DNA of 18,287 nucleotides from contig JAXGJB010000047.1 in assembly GCA_040770465.1 (NCBI GenBank), positions 1-18,287 on the forward strand. The letters run 5' to 3'. This stretch comes from Methanothrix sp. GTDB lineage: Archaea; Halobacteriota; Methanosarcinia; Methanotrichales; Methanotrichaceae. The position numbers and the translations under genes were made by a program. Each line of letters begins with the position of its first letter. Positions within the stretch are counted from its first letter, which is position 1. The notes under the pieces were generated by a model. The model worked only from the letters and a program-made list of their open reading frames with translations. It was not told the origin of the DNA and searched no databases. This document shows, one piece after another, positions 7,221 through 16,100 of this stretch.

Positions 7221-7264
7221 TCATGAAATGGTCTACATCTCCCTGCAGAATTTGGCCGCAATAA
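7115..7264 (+). CDS. Candidate 49-aa Tyr/His-rich repeat microprotein (not in ORF track)
   Basis: MYHHVLSFTITYYHVPSSAITYHYVLLHTITYYHVIMKWSTSPCRIWPQ*. Synonymous variation between 10-aa units. TATAA at 7086-7090. Confidence 0.3.
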   Translation: MYHHVLSFTITYYHVPSSAITYHYVLLHTITYYHVIMKWSTSPCRIWPQ

Positions 7265-7518
7265 GTCGGTTCCCTGGTTATCCCCCACCAGAGACTCGGA
7301 GAGAAGATCAGCAAGCTCCCAATTTTTGTCGTTCTGGTGTCGAATCTGCCCAGGAAGCTATAGCGGATCTTGCAGAGGATTACGCCCCGTCCGTAAGGAT
7401 CTTCATACGAATCGTTTGGAGAGCCCCTCGGCCTCATCGCCCTGGAGCTCTGCTTCTGGGCCGTCATCGCTCTCGCCGACGGCTTTGCGATCTCAGCGAT
7501 CATGGATCGAGGGGCTTT

Positions 7519-7620
7519 CTAGCCCTCAGCTTCCCCCACCTTCCCCTTCTCCCGCTCGTCCTCCTCCTTTATCGCCTCGATAATCTCTTCGTCGGCCTCC
7601 ACCGCCAACGCCCCGATGTG
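7519..7620 (-). pseudogene. 3' fragment paralogous to the Zn-ribbon gene at 8577-8759
   Basis: Encodes HIGALAVEADEEIIEAIKEEDEREKGKVGEAEG*. 7546-7619 is 65/74 nt identical to 8592-8665. Both CxxC pairs are missing, and the nearest ATG (7640) is out of frame. Confidence 0.75.
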
Positions 7621-7681
7621 ATTTTCTCGTTCTCTGACATCTTCTCAGAGCGAACGGGCGGGCAGGCGACCAGGCGGAATC

Positions 7682-8314
7682 TCAGGCATTCTCCGGATTA
7701 TGTCTGAAGGTCGGGTGAAATAGGATAACCGGGATCAGGAGGTAGGCGAGAGAGGAGATCGGAGCGTCCACCAGGGCGAGAGCCATGGCGAAGAGCGAGA
7801 CGACCGGCGTCACAGCGTTTCTTCTCTTCCCGACGGCGATCCTTTGTGGGTCTAGGTTCGGAGCCACAAGCCTGTGGTTTTTTGTGGCGTAGTACCAGTT
7901 GACGTAGAAGAGCGACCCCAGGATGAACATGTTCATGCCGAAGAAGGTGCTCGCCATCCAGTCGTCGTGGTAGTCGTTGACGAGCGATGTCGAGAAGGGG
8001 ATGAGCGAGACGAACATCAGAATCAGGATGTTCAGCCAGGTATGGGTTCGGTCGGTCCGTTTTATGACGGAGGATTGCTGGTGATGTATGATCCAGAAGA
8101 TCGCCGCGAGGAGGAAGCTCTTGGCGTAGTTGGAAAATACGTGGCTTTGGCCCGTGATCAGGTCGATGAGGTCGGCTTCCATCCCCTCCACCCCGCACTG
8201 GGGGAGCTTCAGGTCCAGGACCAGGAGCGTCATGGCCACGGCGAAGATACCGTCGGTGAGGGCCTCTATCCTGTGGGTGGTCATTCCGGGGACTTCAGCG
8301 TCTTGGTTTTTCAT
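7682..8314 (-). CDS. TMEM175 family (DUF1211) potassium channel
   Basis: TM1 signature 'RIEALTDGIFAVAMTLLVLDL', 'FWIIHH', 'WLNILILMFVSLIPFSTSL', about 6 TM helices. Start ATG 8314 with GGTGAGGAGG upstream. Confidence 0.9.
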   Translation of the reverse strand: MKNQDAEVPGMTTHRIEALTDGIFAVAMTLLVLDLKLPQCGVEGMEADLIDLITGQSHVFSNYAKSFLLAAIFWIIHHQQSSVIKRTDRTHTWLNILILMFVSLIPFSTSLVNDYHDDWMASTFFGMNMFILGSLFYVNWYYATKNHRLVAPNLDPQRIAVGKRRNAVTPVVSLFAMALALVDAPISSLAYLLIPVILFHPTFRHNPENA

Positions 8315-8534
8315 CTTGTGGCCTGTCCTCCTCACCATCTGGAATAATGTGATCGACTGTCGCACCATAACTTTTCAGAGGTTCTGTTCTCCAGTGAGCA
8401 TCCCAATAAATTCTCCCTGGTTTGTGCATTGCAAGTATTTTAACTGCTTGAGCCAGATATAACCGAGCGCCACAATAGCGACAAGTAAAGTTGTCACGAA
8501 CCAGAACATGGGACTTTGTGTTTATATTAGACAT
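8295..8534 (-). pseudogene. Truncated HNH endonuclease (N-terminal half only)
   Basis: 'VLVRDNFTCRYCG...ATVDHIIP' is present, but the GG..NL..CxxCN..K half is replaced by the TMEM175 leader sequence. AT-rich relative to its neighbours. Confidence 0.75.
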
Positions 8535-8576
8535 CAGATCGTACCATCAACGTTATTGAGATATTCCACACGAGTA

Positions 8577-8759
8577 TCATTTTTCGGCCTTCTTCTCCCG
8601 CTCGTACTCCTCCTTTATCGCCTCGATCATCTCGTCGTCCGCCTCTATCACCAGCGCCCCAATGTAGTTGCAGTCCTTGCAGTGGTAGACCTTGCCGATG
8701 GAGCTTCCGGCCTCGTAGTAAAGCTCGGAGCTTCCGCAGACCGGACAGACCTCGACCAT
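8577..8759 (-). CDS. Small archaeal Zn-ribbon protein with acidic C-terminal helix
   Basis: CPVCGS...YHCKDCNYIG. Host-like codon use. Start ATG 8759 (alternative 8804). Confidence 0.85.
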   Translation of the reverse strand: MVEVCPVCGSSELYYEAGSSIGKVYHCKDCNYIGALVIEADDEMIEAIKEEYEREKKAEK

Positions 8760-9230
8760 CTTCTTTTCTTTCCCCTTTTTCTCCGACGTGGTTTTCTCCC
8801 CCATCGATTTTTATCAGCGCGAACTCGCAGGTTGACGGCGGCGGGCCGACCGGATCAAACCGGACGGATTGACTGCCGTGACATTTTATAGCCATACTAT
8901 CTACATTAACTTTGGCCTCCTCCTTTCGGCTGCCGAAGTGGTTTTGCGCCGCCCGGCGGTGGGCAGGGCTCTATGGGAGGAGGGGGTGGAGGTGGTGGAG
9001 TAGGGAGCAGGGCACTGTGAGTCGAGGCAGGTCCTGGCCCAGACCACCACCAGGCGAGTCCGCTCGCAAATTTTAAATAAAAAAATAACACAAGTTCTGG
9101 TATGTGCCGGAGTGTCTGAGTGTCGGTCTTCTATCAGTCGTCGATTCATTGAGGAAAACTATTAAATAAGTTAAAGATGGGATATTGTGTGTTCCCGTCA
9201 AGTCTACAATAAAGAGATTCGGTGAGAAAG

Positions 9231-10481
9231 ATGAACGGTGATGATAAAGACAAAAAATCTTTTTGGTATACGTTACCTGGCATCTTGACGGGTATCGCTG
9301 CAATAATAATGGCCGGCGTGGCACTTTACGATGCGGTCTCTCACGATGAACCAGATCGTCCAATGATCGAGGAGTTCAATTGCGGACCTGCCGAAACGGG
9401 GTCCGGCTCACAATTGAGCTGGGAGGTCACCGGGGCTACACAGGTGACTATAGAACCAGGTATCGGAAAAGTGGCGTTGAAAGGAACGAAGCTTGTACGC
9501 CCATCTGAAACCACCACCTATACATTGACCGCCGAGAACAAAGCTGGCAGTGTCGATGCAACTGCCAGCGTCGAACCCACCAAACTTCCAACGATTGAGC
9601 AGTTCAATTGCGGACCTGCCGAAACAGGGTCCGGCTCACAATTGAGCTGGAATGTCTCCGGGGCTACACAGGTGACTATAGAACCAGGTATCGGAAAAGT
9701 GGCGTCGACCGGAACGAAGCTTGTACGCCCATCTGAAACCACCACCTATACCTTGACCGCCAAGAACGACGATGGCAGTGTCGATGCAACTGCCAGCGTC
9801 GAACCAGATCTTCCAACGATCGAGCAGTTCAATTGCGGACCTGCCGAAACGGGGGACGGCTCACAATTGAGCTGGAGGGTCTCCGGGGCTACACAGGTGA
9901 CTATAGAACCAGATATCGGAAACGTGGCGTTGACCGGAACGAGGTCTGTATGCCCATCTGAAACCACCACCTATACATTGACCGCCGAGAACGACGCTGG
10001 CAGTGTCGATGCAACTGCCGAGTTGGTCGTCGAACCCGAAGAGAAGCAAGCTGTAATATTGTGTAGTGGAGTGTACGGTGGCAATGGTGGAACGGGATTT
10101 GAGGATTACGTCCCACCTGACTCAAGGATTTGTGAGATAAGAGTTAGATCAGGGGATTGGATAAATCAAGTCCAGGTTGTTTATAAAACACAGAATGGAC
10201 CCATTATCGAAGCACCACCACATGGAGGAAATGGTGGTACGCTCCAAGTATTCAGTCTGCAGGACGGCGAATATATAGAACAAATTACTGGAAAGTATGG
10301 TCTGTACATAGACTCTATGGAAATTGTGACCAATATGCAAACCAGAAGATTTGGGGGGAGCGGGGGAGACAATTATTATTCGCTCGGGTGTGAAGGCTGT
10401 GAAATAGTCGGATTATTGGGACGATCCGCGAATTATCTAGATGCACTGGGCGCACGATACAAATCCCCGCCAGATATCTGA
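9231..10481 (+). CDS. Membrane-anchored surface protein: N-terminal TM, three Ig/PKD-like repeats, C-terminal jacalin-like lectin domain
   Basis: TM 'FWYTLPGILTGIAAIIMAGVALY', repeats 'QLSWxVxGATQVTIEPGIG...TTTYTLTA', three beta-prism GG motifs (YGGNGG, HGGNGG, FGGSGG) and terminal 'GLLGRSANYLDALG'. SD GGTGA before ATG 9231. Confidence 0.88.
   Translation: MNGDDKDKKSFWYTLPGILTGIAAIIMAGVALYDAVSHDEPDRPMIEEFNCGPAETGSGSQLSWEVTGATQVTIEPGIGKVALKGTKLVRPSETTTYTLTAENKAGSVDATASVEPTKLPTIEQFNCGPAETGSGSQLSWNVSGATQVTIEPGIGKVASTGTKLVRPSETTTYTLTAKNDDGSVDATASVEPDLPTIEQFNCGPAETGDGSQLSWRVSGATQVTIEPDIGNVALTGTRSVCPSETTTYTLTAENDAGSVDATAELVVEPEEKQAVILCSGVYGGNGGTGFEDYVPPDSRICEIRVRSGDWINQVQVVYKTQNGPIIEAPPHGGNGGTLQVFSLQDGEYIEQITGKYGLYIDSMEIVTNMQTRRFGGSGGDNYYSLGCEGCEIVGLLGRSANYLDALGARYKSPPDI
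9360..10037 (+). repeat. Intragenic tandem triplication (units start at 9360, 9588, 9813; 228/225 nt)
   Basis: Long identical blocks in all three units, e.g. TTCAATTGCGGACCTGCCGAAAC, GGGGCTACACAGGTGACTATAGAACCAG, GCCCATCTGAAACCACCACCTATAC. Confidence 0.95.
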
Positions 10482-10517
10482 ACCTGGTGGGGTTGAAAAA
10501 AGGAGGATAATTGCCGT

Positions 10518-10886
10518 CTATTTCGACGCGCCCTGACGGATCCAGGCCCAGGCGTCGTTGAGCTGGGTCTCGTCGAAGTACTTCACCGAGCCCCGCATGA
10601 AGAGCTGGGCGAGCTTCGTCATCCACTCCTCCCACCGCTTGTTCCCGATGATGGCCACAAGCTCGATCTCCTTCCCGTACTTTCGCCAGTACTCGTAGTC
10701 GTCCCAGGCGGCTTTCGGCTCCCATCCGTGGAAATCCTCCAGGAGCCAGAGTAGCCTGATCTTCCCGTACTTCTTGATTCCATCTTCAAACTCCGGCGCC
10801 ATGGCCTTGTAGTCGGCGTCCGTCAGCTTCCCCGTCATCCGAAAGCCGATGACGTTTCCCGAGCTCTCCTTCAGCTTCTCAAACAT
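10518..10886 (-). CDS. STAS/SEC14 (SpoIIAA-like) domain protein
   Basis: 'GKLTDADY', 'GKIRLL...FHGWEPKAAWDD', 'VAIIGNKRWEEW', 'VKYFD....DAWAWI'. SD GAGGTGA before ATG 10886. Confidence 0.9.
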   Translation of the reverse strand: MFEKLKESSGNVIGFRMTGKLTDADYKAMAPEFEDGIKKYGKIRLLWLLEDFHGWEPKAAWDDYEYWRKYGKEIELVAIIGNKRWEEWMTKLAQLFMRGSVKYFDETQLNDAWAWIRQGASK

Positions 10887-11105
10887 CTTCTTCACCTCTG
10901 ATTCCACTTAACGTCACTTCACTTCTCGTCTTAACTTCTCTTCAGCATCCTCAAACTCATCGGCGCCAACCTTGCGGAGATTTCAGGCTGCTTGCTGCCG
11001 GCTTTGTCGACCGTCGGAGCTGAGGCTGGAAACATGATTTAATATATGGACACGTGGTCTAATAAAGTTTTTGAATCATTTCGACCTTTCCGGCGCCGGG
11101 GTGGT

Positions 11106-11255
11106 ATGCCGGCAACTGGCAGGGGATCGATCCCCTGCCGAAGTTGACATCGCATCAAAAATAGTTGGGCGTCAAGGTAGAGCGGAGTGGTGGTGGGCAG
11201 CAAAAATGGGGGCGATGGGGGCGTCAAGTGGTGGGCTGGGGACGGCAGCCCACCA
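11106..11255. other. Palindrome-rich intergenic element downstream of aspS
   Basis: Perfect 22-bp palindrome GGCAGGGGATCGATCCCCTGCC (11118-11139). 10-bp stem TGGTGGGCTG/CAGCCCACCA (11229-11255). Direct repeat GGGCGTCAAG twice. Confidence 0.6.
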
Positions 11256-11294
11256 AAATCGTCGAAGCTTAAGGTACTAGCTTAAAGCACGAGC

Positions 11295-12599
11295 TTAAGG
11301 CACGAGCCTTCTTCGATCCCGCGGGAATAAGACGGCGTCCCTGATGTTCTCAAGGCCCAGCATCGTGAGGACGACCCTCCCGAGGCCGAGGCCCCATCCG
11401 GCGTGGGGCGGCATCCCAAACCGGAAGGCTCTCAGGTAGAACTCGAACCCCTCGGGGTCGAGCCCTTGCCGCTTTATCTTTTCGACGAGGACATCGGGGT
11501 TGTGGACCCGCTGGGCGCCGCTGGCAAGCTCCATCGATGGGTGCATCAGGTCGAAGCCCCGGCTGATCTCGGGCCTGTCTTCGAAAGGCTCGGTGTAGTA
11601 GGGCTTGATCACCGTCGGCCACTCGGTCATGAAGTAGTGCTCGCCGACGGCAGAGCCGATCGCTCTCTCGGCTTCTGTGTCCAGGTCGTCTCCCCACTCG
11701 ATCTTGTTTGCCCTGCCTTCGTTTGCGATCTTCAGGGCTTCGGTGTAGGTCACCCTCTTGAATGGGGTCTTGGGTACGGCCAGGTCGACGCCTAGGGCCG
11801 CAAGGTCCTTCTGACACCTCTCGGCGACGTCGGCGTAGGCCTTGGCCATCGCCTTCTCCAGGAGGGCCATCACGTCCTCCTCGTCGGCGAAGCTGACCTC
11901 GACGTCGATGGATATCGCCTCGTTGAGGTGGCGCCTCGTATCGTGCTCCTCGGCCCGAAAGATCGGCCCGATCTCAAAGACCCTGTCGAGCCCCGCCGAC
12001 ATCAGCATCTGCTTGTAGAGCTGAGGGCTCTGGTTGAGGAAAGCCTCCCTCTCGAAGTAGGTTATGGGGAAGAGGGCCGTCCCGCCTTCGGTGGCCGTAG
12101 CCACCACCTTGGGGGTGCAGACCTCGATGAACCCGTTCTCGGCGAAGAACTCCCGGAAGGACCGGAGAACTTCGCTCTCGATCCTGAAGACCGCCAGAAC
12201 CGGAGGCCTCCGGATGTCGATGAACCGCGAGTCGAGCCTCGTGTCTAGGTCCGCTCCCACCTTCCCCGTGGGGTCCATGGGTAGCGGCGAGTCGGCCTCG
12301 TTGAGTACATCGATCTGTGTCGGGATGATCTCGTAGCCCCGGGGCGCCTTCGGCTCGCCCTTGACCTTACCCCGCACGAGGAGGACGCTCTCCCGGCTAA
12401 GGCCCCTCACCTTCTCCAGGAGGTCCTTGTCCACTTTTTTCGCGACCAGAGTCACCTGAGCGAACCCTTCGCGGTCCCGCAGGACGAGAAAACAGATCCC
12501 GCCCAGGTCTCGGACCTCGTGGGCCCAGCCCGCCAGGGTCACCTCTAGGCCGTCCATCTCCGGAAGTATATCACCTGAATAATGAGTTCTGAGGACCAA
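11295..12599 (-). CDS. aspS: Aspartate--tRNA(Asp/Asn) ligase, archaeal non-discriminating type
   Basis: OB fold '[13 protein letters not shown]', motif 2 'QSPQLYKQ...[14 protein letters not shown]', motif 3 '[12 protein letters not shown]'. His in GWxH and Pro in 'KAP' are the known ND-AspRS determinants. Confidence 0.96.
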   Translation of the reverse strand: MVLRTHYSGDILPEMDGLEVTLAGWAHEVRDLGGICFLVLRDREGFAQVTLVAKKVDKDLLEKVRGLSRESVLLVRGKVKGEPKAPRGYEIIPTQIDVLNEADSPLPMDPTGKVGADLDTRLDSRFIDIRRPPVLAVFRIESEVLRSFREFFAENGFIEVCTPKVVATATEGGTALFPITYFEREAFLNQSPQLYKQMLMSAGLDRVFEIGPIFRAEEHDTRRHLNEAISIDVEVSFADEEDVMALLEKAMAKAYADVAERCQKDLAALGVDLAVPKTPFKRVTYTEALKIANEGRANKIEWGDDLDTEAERAIGSAVGEHYFMTEWPTVIKPYYTEPFEDRPEISRGFDLMHPSMELASGAQRVHNPDVLVEKIKRQGLDPEGFEFYLRAFRFGMPPHAGWGLGLGRVVLTMLGLENIRDAVLFPRDRRRLVP

Positions 12600-12630
12600 A
12601 CAACGTCACCGATGGGAGAATAGGGTTCTG

Positions 12631-12638
12631 ATATAAAA
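12631..12638 (-). promoter_or_regulatory. TATA box of aspS
   Basis: Minus-strand TTTTATAT about 32 nt upstream of the TTG start. SD GGTGA at 12606-12610. Confidence 0.55.
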
Positions 12639-12915
12639 GCCGTCCGCAGATCGGAGGCGGCTCCTATCCTGTATGGCGGCGTGCCCCTTCTCCAACAGGG
12701 CCAAATAGGATAAGGCGTTCATAAACATAATATTGGAGCGATCTGGCCGTTGCCGCCATCGACGGCCAGGCGACGGCGCCGACGGTGATTCGGGGCAGGA
12801 TATGGCCGGGCGGTCCCCGACGGCTCCTGGGACCCGGTCGAGCTTGATCGGTTGATCCACGTCCGGCAGATATATCTTAAAAGGGGATTGTAGTAATAAA
12901 AGGTCCGCTGTCATC

Positions 12916-13128
12916 ATGACGATATCCCGGAAAGATCTCATGGAGCAAGACGAGTTCTGGATCTTGCTCTTCATCCTCGGAGGAGTCCTCCTCAACTGGC
13001 CGATGCTATCTCTGGTTGGAGGAGGGGACGAAACCGCAGGCGGTTTCTCGATACTAGTCTACATAATCTCGGTATGGCTTCTGATCATCCTTTCTGCTTA
13101 TCTATTTGACAGGTGGACCTCGAATTGA
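12916..13128 (+). CDS. Small two-TM membrane protein coupled to the SLC5 fusion
   Basis: 'LLFILGGVLLNWPMLSL...ILVYIISVWLLIIL'. The stop overlaps the start of the SLC5 gene. Alternative start at 12940. Confidence 0.75.
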   Translation: MTISRKDLMEQDEFWILLFILGGVLLNWPMLSLVGGGDETAGGFSILVYIISVWLLIILSAYLFDRWTSN

Positions 13129-16100
13129 TCAACCCGGTTCTTGCCCTGGCGGCGATGGTGCTCTACCTCCTCCTCCTCTTCGGGATAGCCCATTACGCCG
13201 ACAGAAAGCGGGATCAGGGCAAGAGCATCGTCTCAAACCCCTACGTATACGCCCTCTCCTTCTCTGTATACGTCTCCGCCTGGACATTCTATGGGGCCGT
13301 TGGGAGGGGCGCCACCGATGGGCTCGGTTTCCTACCCATATACCTGGGTCCATCCCTGGTGATGCTCCTGGGCTGGACGGTCGTGAGGAAGATGATCAAG
13401 ATCTCCAAGGAGCACCGTCTCGCCACCATCAGCGATTTCATAAGCTTCCGGTACGGCAAAAGCTACGTCATCGGGGCCCTCGTCGCCGTCGCGATCCTGG
13501 TGGTGATAACTCCCTACGTCGCCCTCCAGCTGATAGCCATATCCGGGTCCCTGACCATAATAAGCGGCTCGTATCACGAAGTTTTGGGGATGAGACGGCT
13601 TATGGTGACGGTCCTTCTGGGGGTCTTCGCCATCATCTTCGGGACGAGACATCTCGATCCCCTGGAGCGGCACGAGGGGCTGATCGCCGCCGTCGCCTTC
13701 GAGTCTGTGGTGAAGCTGGTGGCCTTCGTGGTGGCGGGGCTCTACATAACCTACGGCCTCTTCGGCGGCTACGGCGAGATCGTCGGCGCCATCGCTTCAA
13801 CCCCGGAATACTCCCACCTTTTGAAGGTCGATTACGTCTCCTGGCTCTCGCTGACCATGATGTCCTCTTTTGCGATCCTCTTTCTCCCTCGGCAGTTTCA
13901 CGTCATGGTGGTGGAGAACTCCGATGAGGAACACCTGAAGAAGGCGATGTGGCTTTTTCCCCTTTACATGCTCCTTATAAACCTCTTCGTCCCGGCGGTG
14001 GCATGGGGCGGCCTCCTCCTTGGGGAGCCGGGCAGGGCGGACATGTTCATGGTCTCCATCCCCATCAGCCAGGGGCAGGATCTTCTTGCCCTATTGGTCT
14101 TCATCGGCGGGACCTCAGCGGCGACGGCGATGGTCCTCGTCTCGGCGGTGACGGTGGGGACGATGATGTTAAACGACCTCGAGATGCCCTACATAGTCAG
14201 GAAGATCGGAAAGGGGAGAGACCTTCCATCCCTCATCCTCACCCTCAAGCGGCTGAACATCCTTCTGGTCTTGGCCCTGGGGTACCTTTACTCCCTTCTG
14301 GTGGGCTTCCCCGCCCTGGTCGACATCGGCACCCTATCGTTCCTCGCCGCCTGCCAGCTCGCCCCGGCGGCCCTGGGCGGCCTCTACTGGAAGAAGGGGT
14401 GCCGGCAGGGGGCGGTGGCGGGGCTCGTCGCCGGCTTCTTAATCTGGGGGTACACCGCCCTCCTCCCCATCCTCGTCGAAGCGGGGTGGGTCTCAAGAGG
14501 TCTGATCGAGAACGGACCGGTCGGGATCGCCCTCCTCCGGCCCACGGCCCTCTTCGGCCTCGATCTCGACGTCTGGACCCACGCCTTCTTCTGGTCGATT
14601 TTGGCGAACTTCTCCCTATACGTTCTATTCTCCCTGATCCACCAGCCGAGCGATGAGGAGAAGGCCATCGCCGATAGTTTCGTTGACATATACAGGGTCT
14701 GCCCCCGGATCGAGCCCTGCCCCGTCCTGCCCTTCGGAGAGAGCATGGTGATAAGGGTCGGGACGGTGGACGAGCTTGAGGAGACGGTGGCAAGATACAT
14801 CGGGGCCGAGAGGGCGAAGAACGTCGTAGAGCTGAACCTCGCCGACCTCAAGACCACCCGCGAGGGGATCGATGCAAGGCAGCTCTTCGAGCTGAGGGAC
14901 AGGCTCGAGAAGACCCTCACGGGGTCATTGGGACCTACCGCCACCAGGATGATCGTCGAAGAGGAGGTGGCGGTGAAGCCGGTGGTCGAGGTGATAAAGG
15001 AGACGAGCCCCATATACACACTCAATCCGGGCAAGATCTACATAATCCCCGAGAAGGCGTACGAGGTCTTCACAGATCAGATAACCCATGGGATAGAGGG
15101 TCTCTGTATAACTCTGTCCGACCCCGACGAGATAAGGCTGAGGTGGCATTTCACCGAGACGCCGATCATCAGGCTCAGCTCCGAGAGGGGGCGGGGGGAG
15201 AGGTACATCGATCCCAGGAACCTCCCCCTCCTCTTCATAACCATAAAGTCCTTCGTGGAGAGCAGCAGAAACAGCATAATCCTCCTGGATGGCCTTGAAG
15301 GTCTGATCGAGGAGAACGCATCGGTTCCAGAGTCGGAGGTCCTCGACTTCGTCCACGCCCTCGAAGATCTCTCCGGGATGGGCAGGACGAGGCTGGTCGT
15401 TCAGGCGAGGCCTGAGTTCGTCAATAGAATGCTCGCATCAGATATCAACGAGGCTCAGCAGCTGATATTTCTCCTGGGGCCCCTTTCGGCCTATCTCTTC
15501 AAGGTCTTCGTGGACTCCCTTTTGAAGAGGCTCGACGAGCCCGAGAAGATGACGGTTCACAGAAGCCTGGAAGGGATGATGGAGACCGAGAAGATCTTCG
15601 CCGGGATGAGGGGTGAGGATGAGGGTGGAGCCTGCGATCCTGAGATGGGCTATATCGATGAGCGAAGAGGCGGTTTGAAGATCGACATGAGATCGAGGTT
15701 GGGCCGCTGGGAGTTCTTCGCTGCTTTGAGGCGTTTGGCAGCGGCGATCGGAGAGGTGGACCCGAGCTTCGACCTATCCAGGGCCGCAAAGCCCCTGATG
15801 GCCAAGTATGGGCTTGACCCCCTGGAGCTTCGGCTCGTTCCCGGGACGACCTACGTCATCGAGGAGGATAAGCCCGTGGAGAGCCTCAGAGCCTTCGGCG
15901 ACCTCGTCGGCCGAGGGGTGGAGGGGCTTTGCATAACCAGGTACCACCCAGAAAAGCTGATGGATAGTTACGGCCTCTCTCCAGAGAGGGTCATATGGCT
16001 CACCCAGTCGGCGGGGATCGATCCAAAGTACAGGCACGTCGACCCCACCAACTTCCCGAGGCTCAGCGGCATGATCTCCGACTTCCTCACCAAAGCCGAC

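Noticed and set aside
6859-7707. 282-aa + strand ORF
   Set aside because: It runs across hairpins, the decamer array and the antisense of a pseudogene fragment. No motif or coherent composition, so likely a chance open frame.
9360-10037. DGR template/variable repeat pair
   Set aside because: All copies are in frame within one gene, differences are not restricted to adenines, and there is no reverse transcriptase in the window.
10913-10985. Minus-strand frame NLRKVGADEFEDAEEKLRREVK* upstream of the SpoIIAA-like gene
   Set aside because: Looks like a gene tail but has an in-frame stop upstream and no start. Too short to support.
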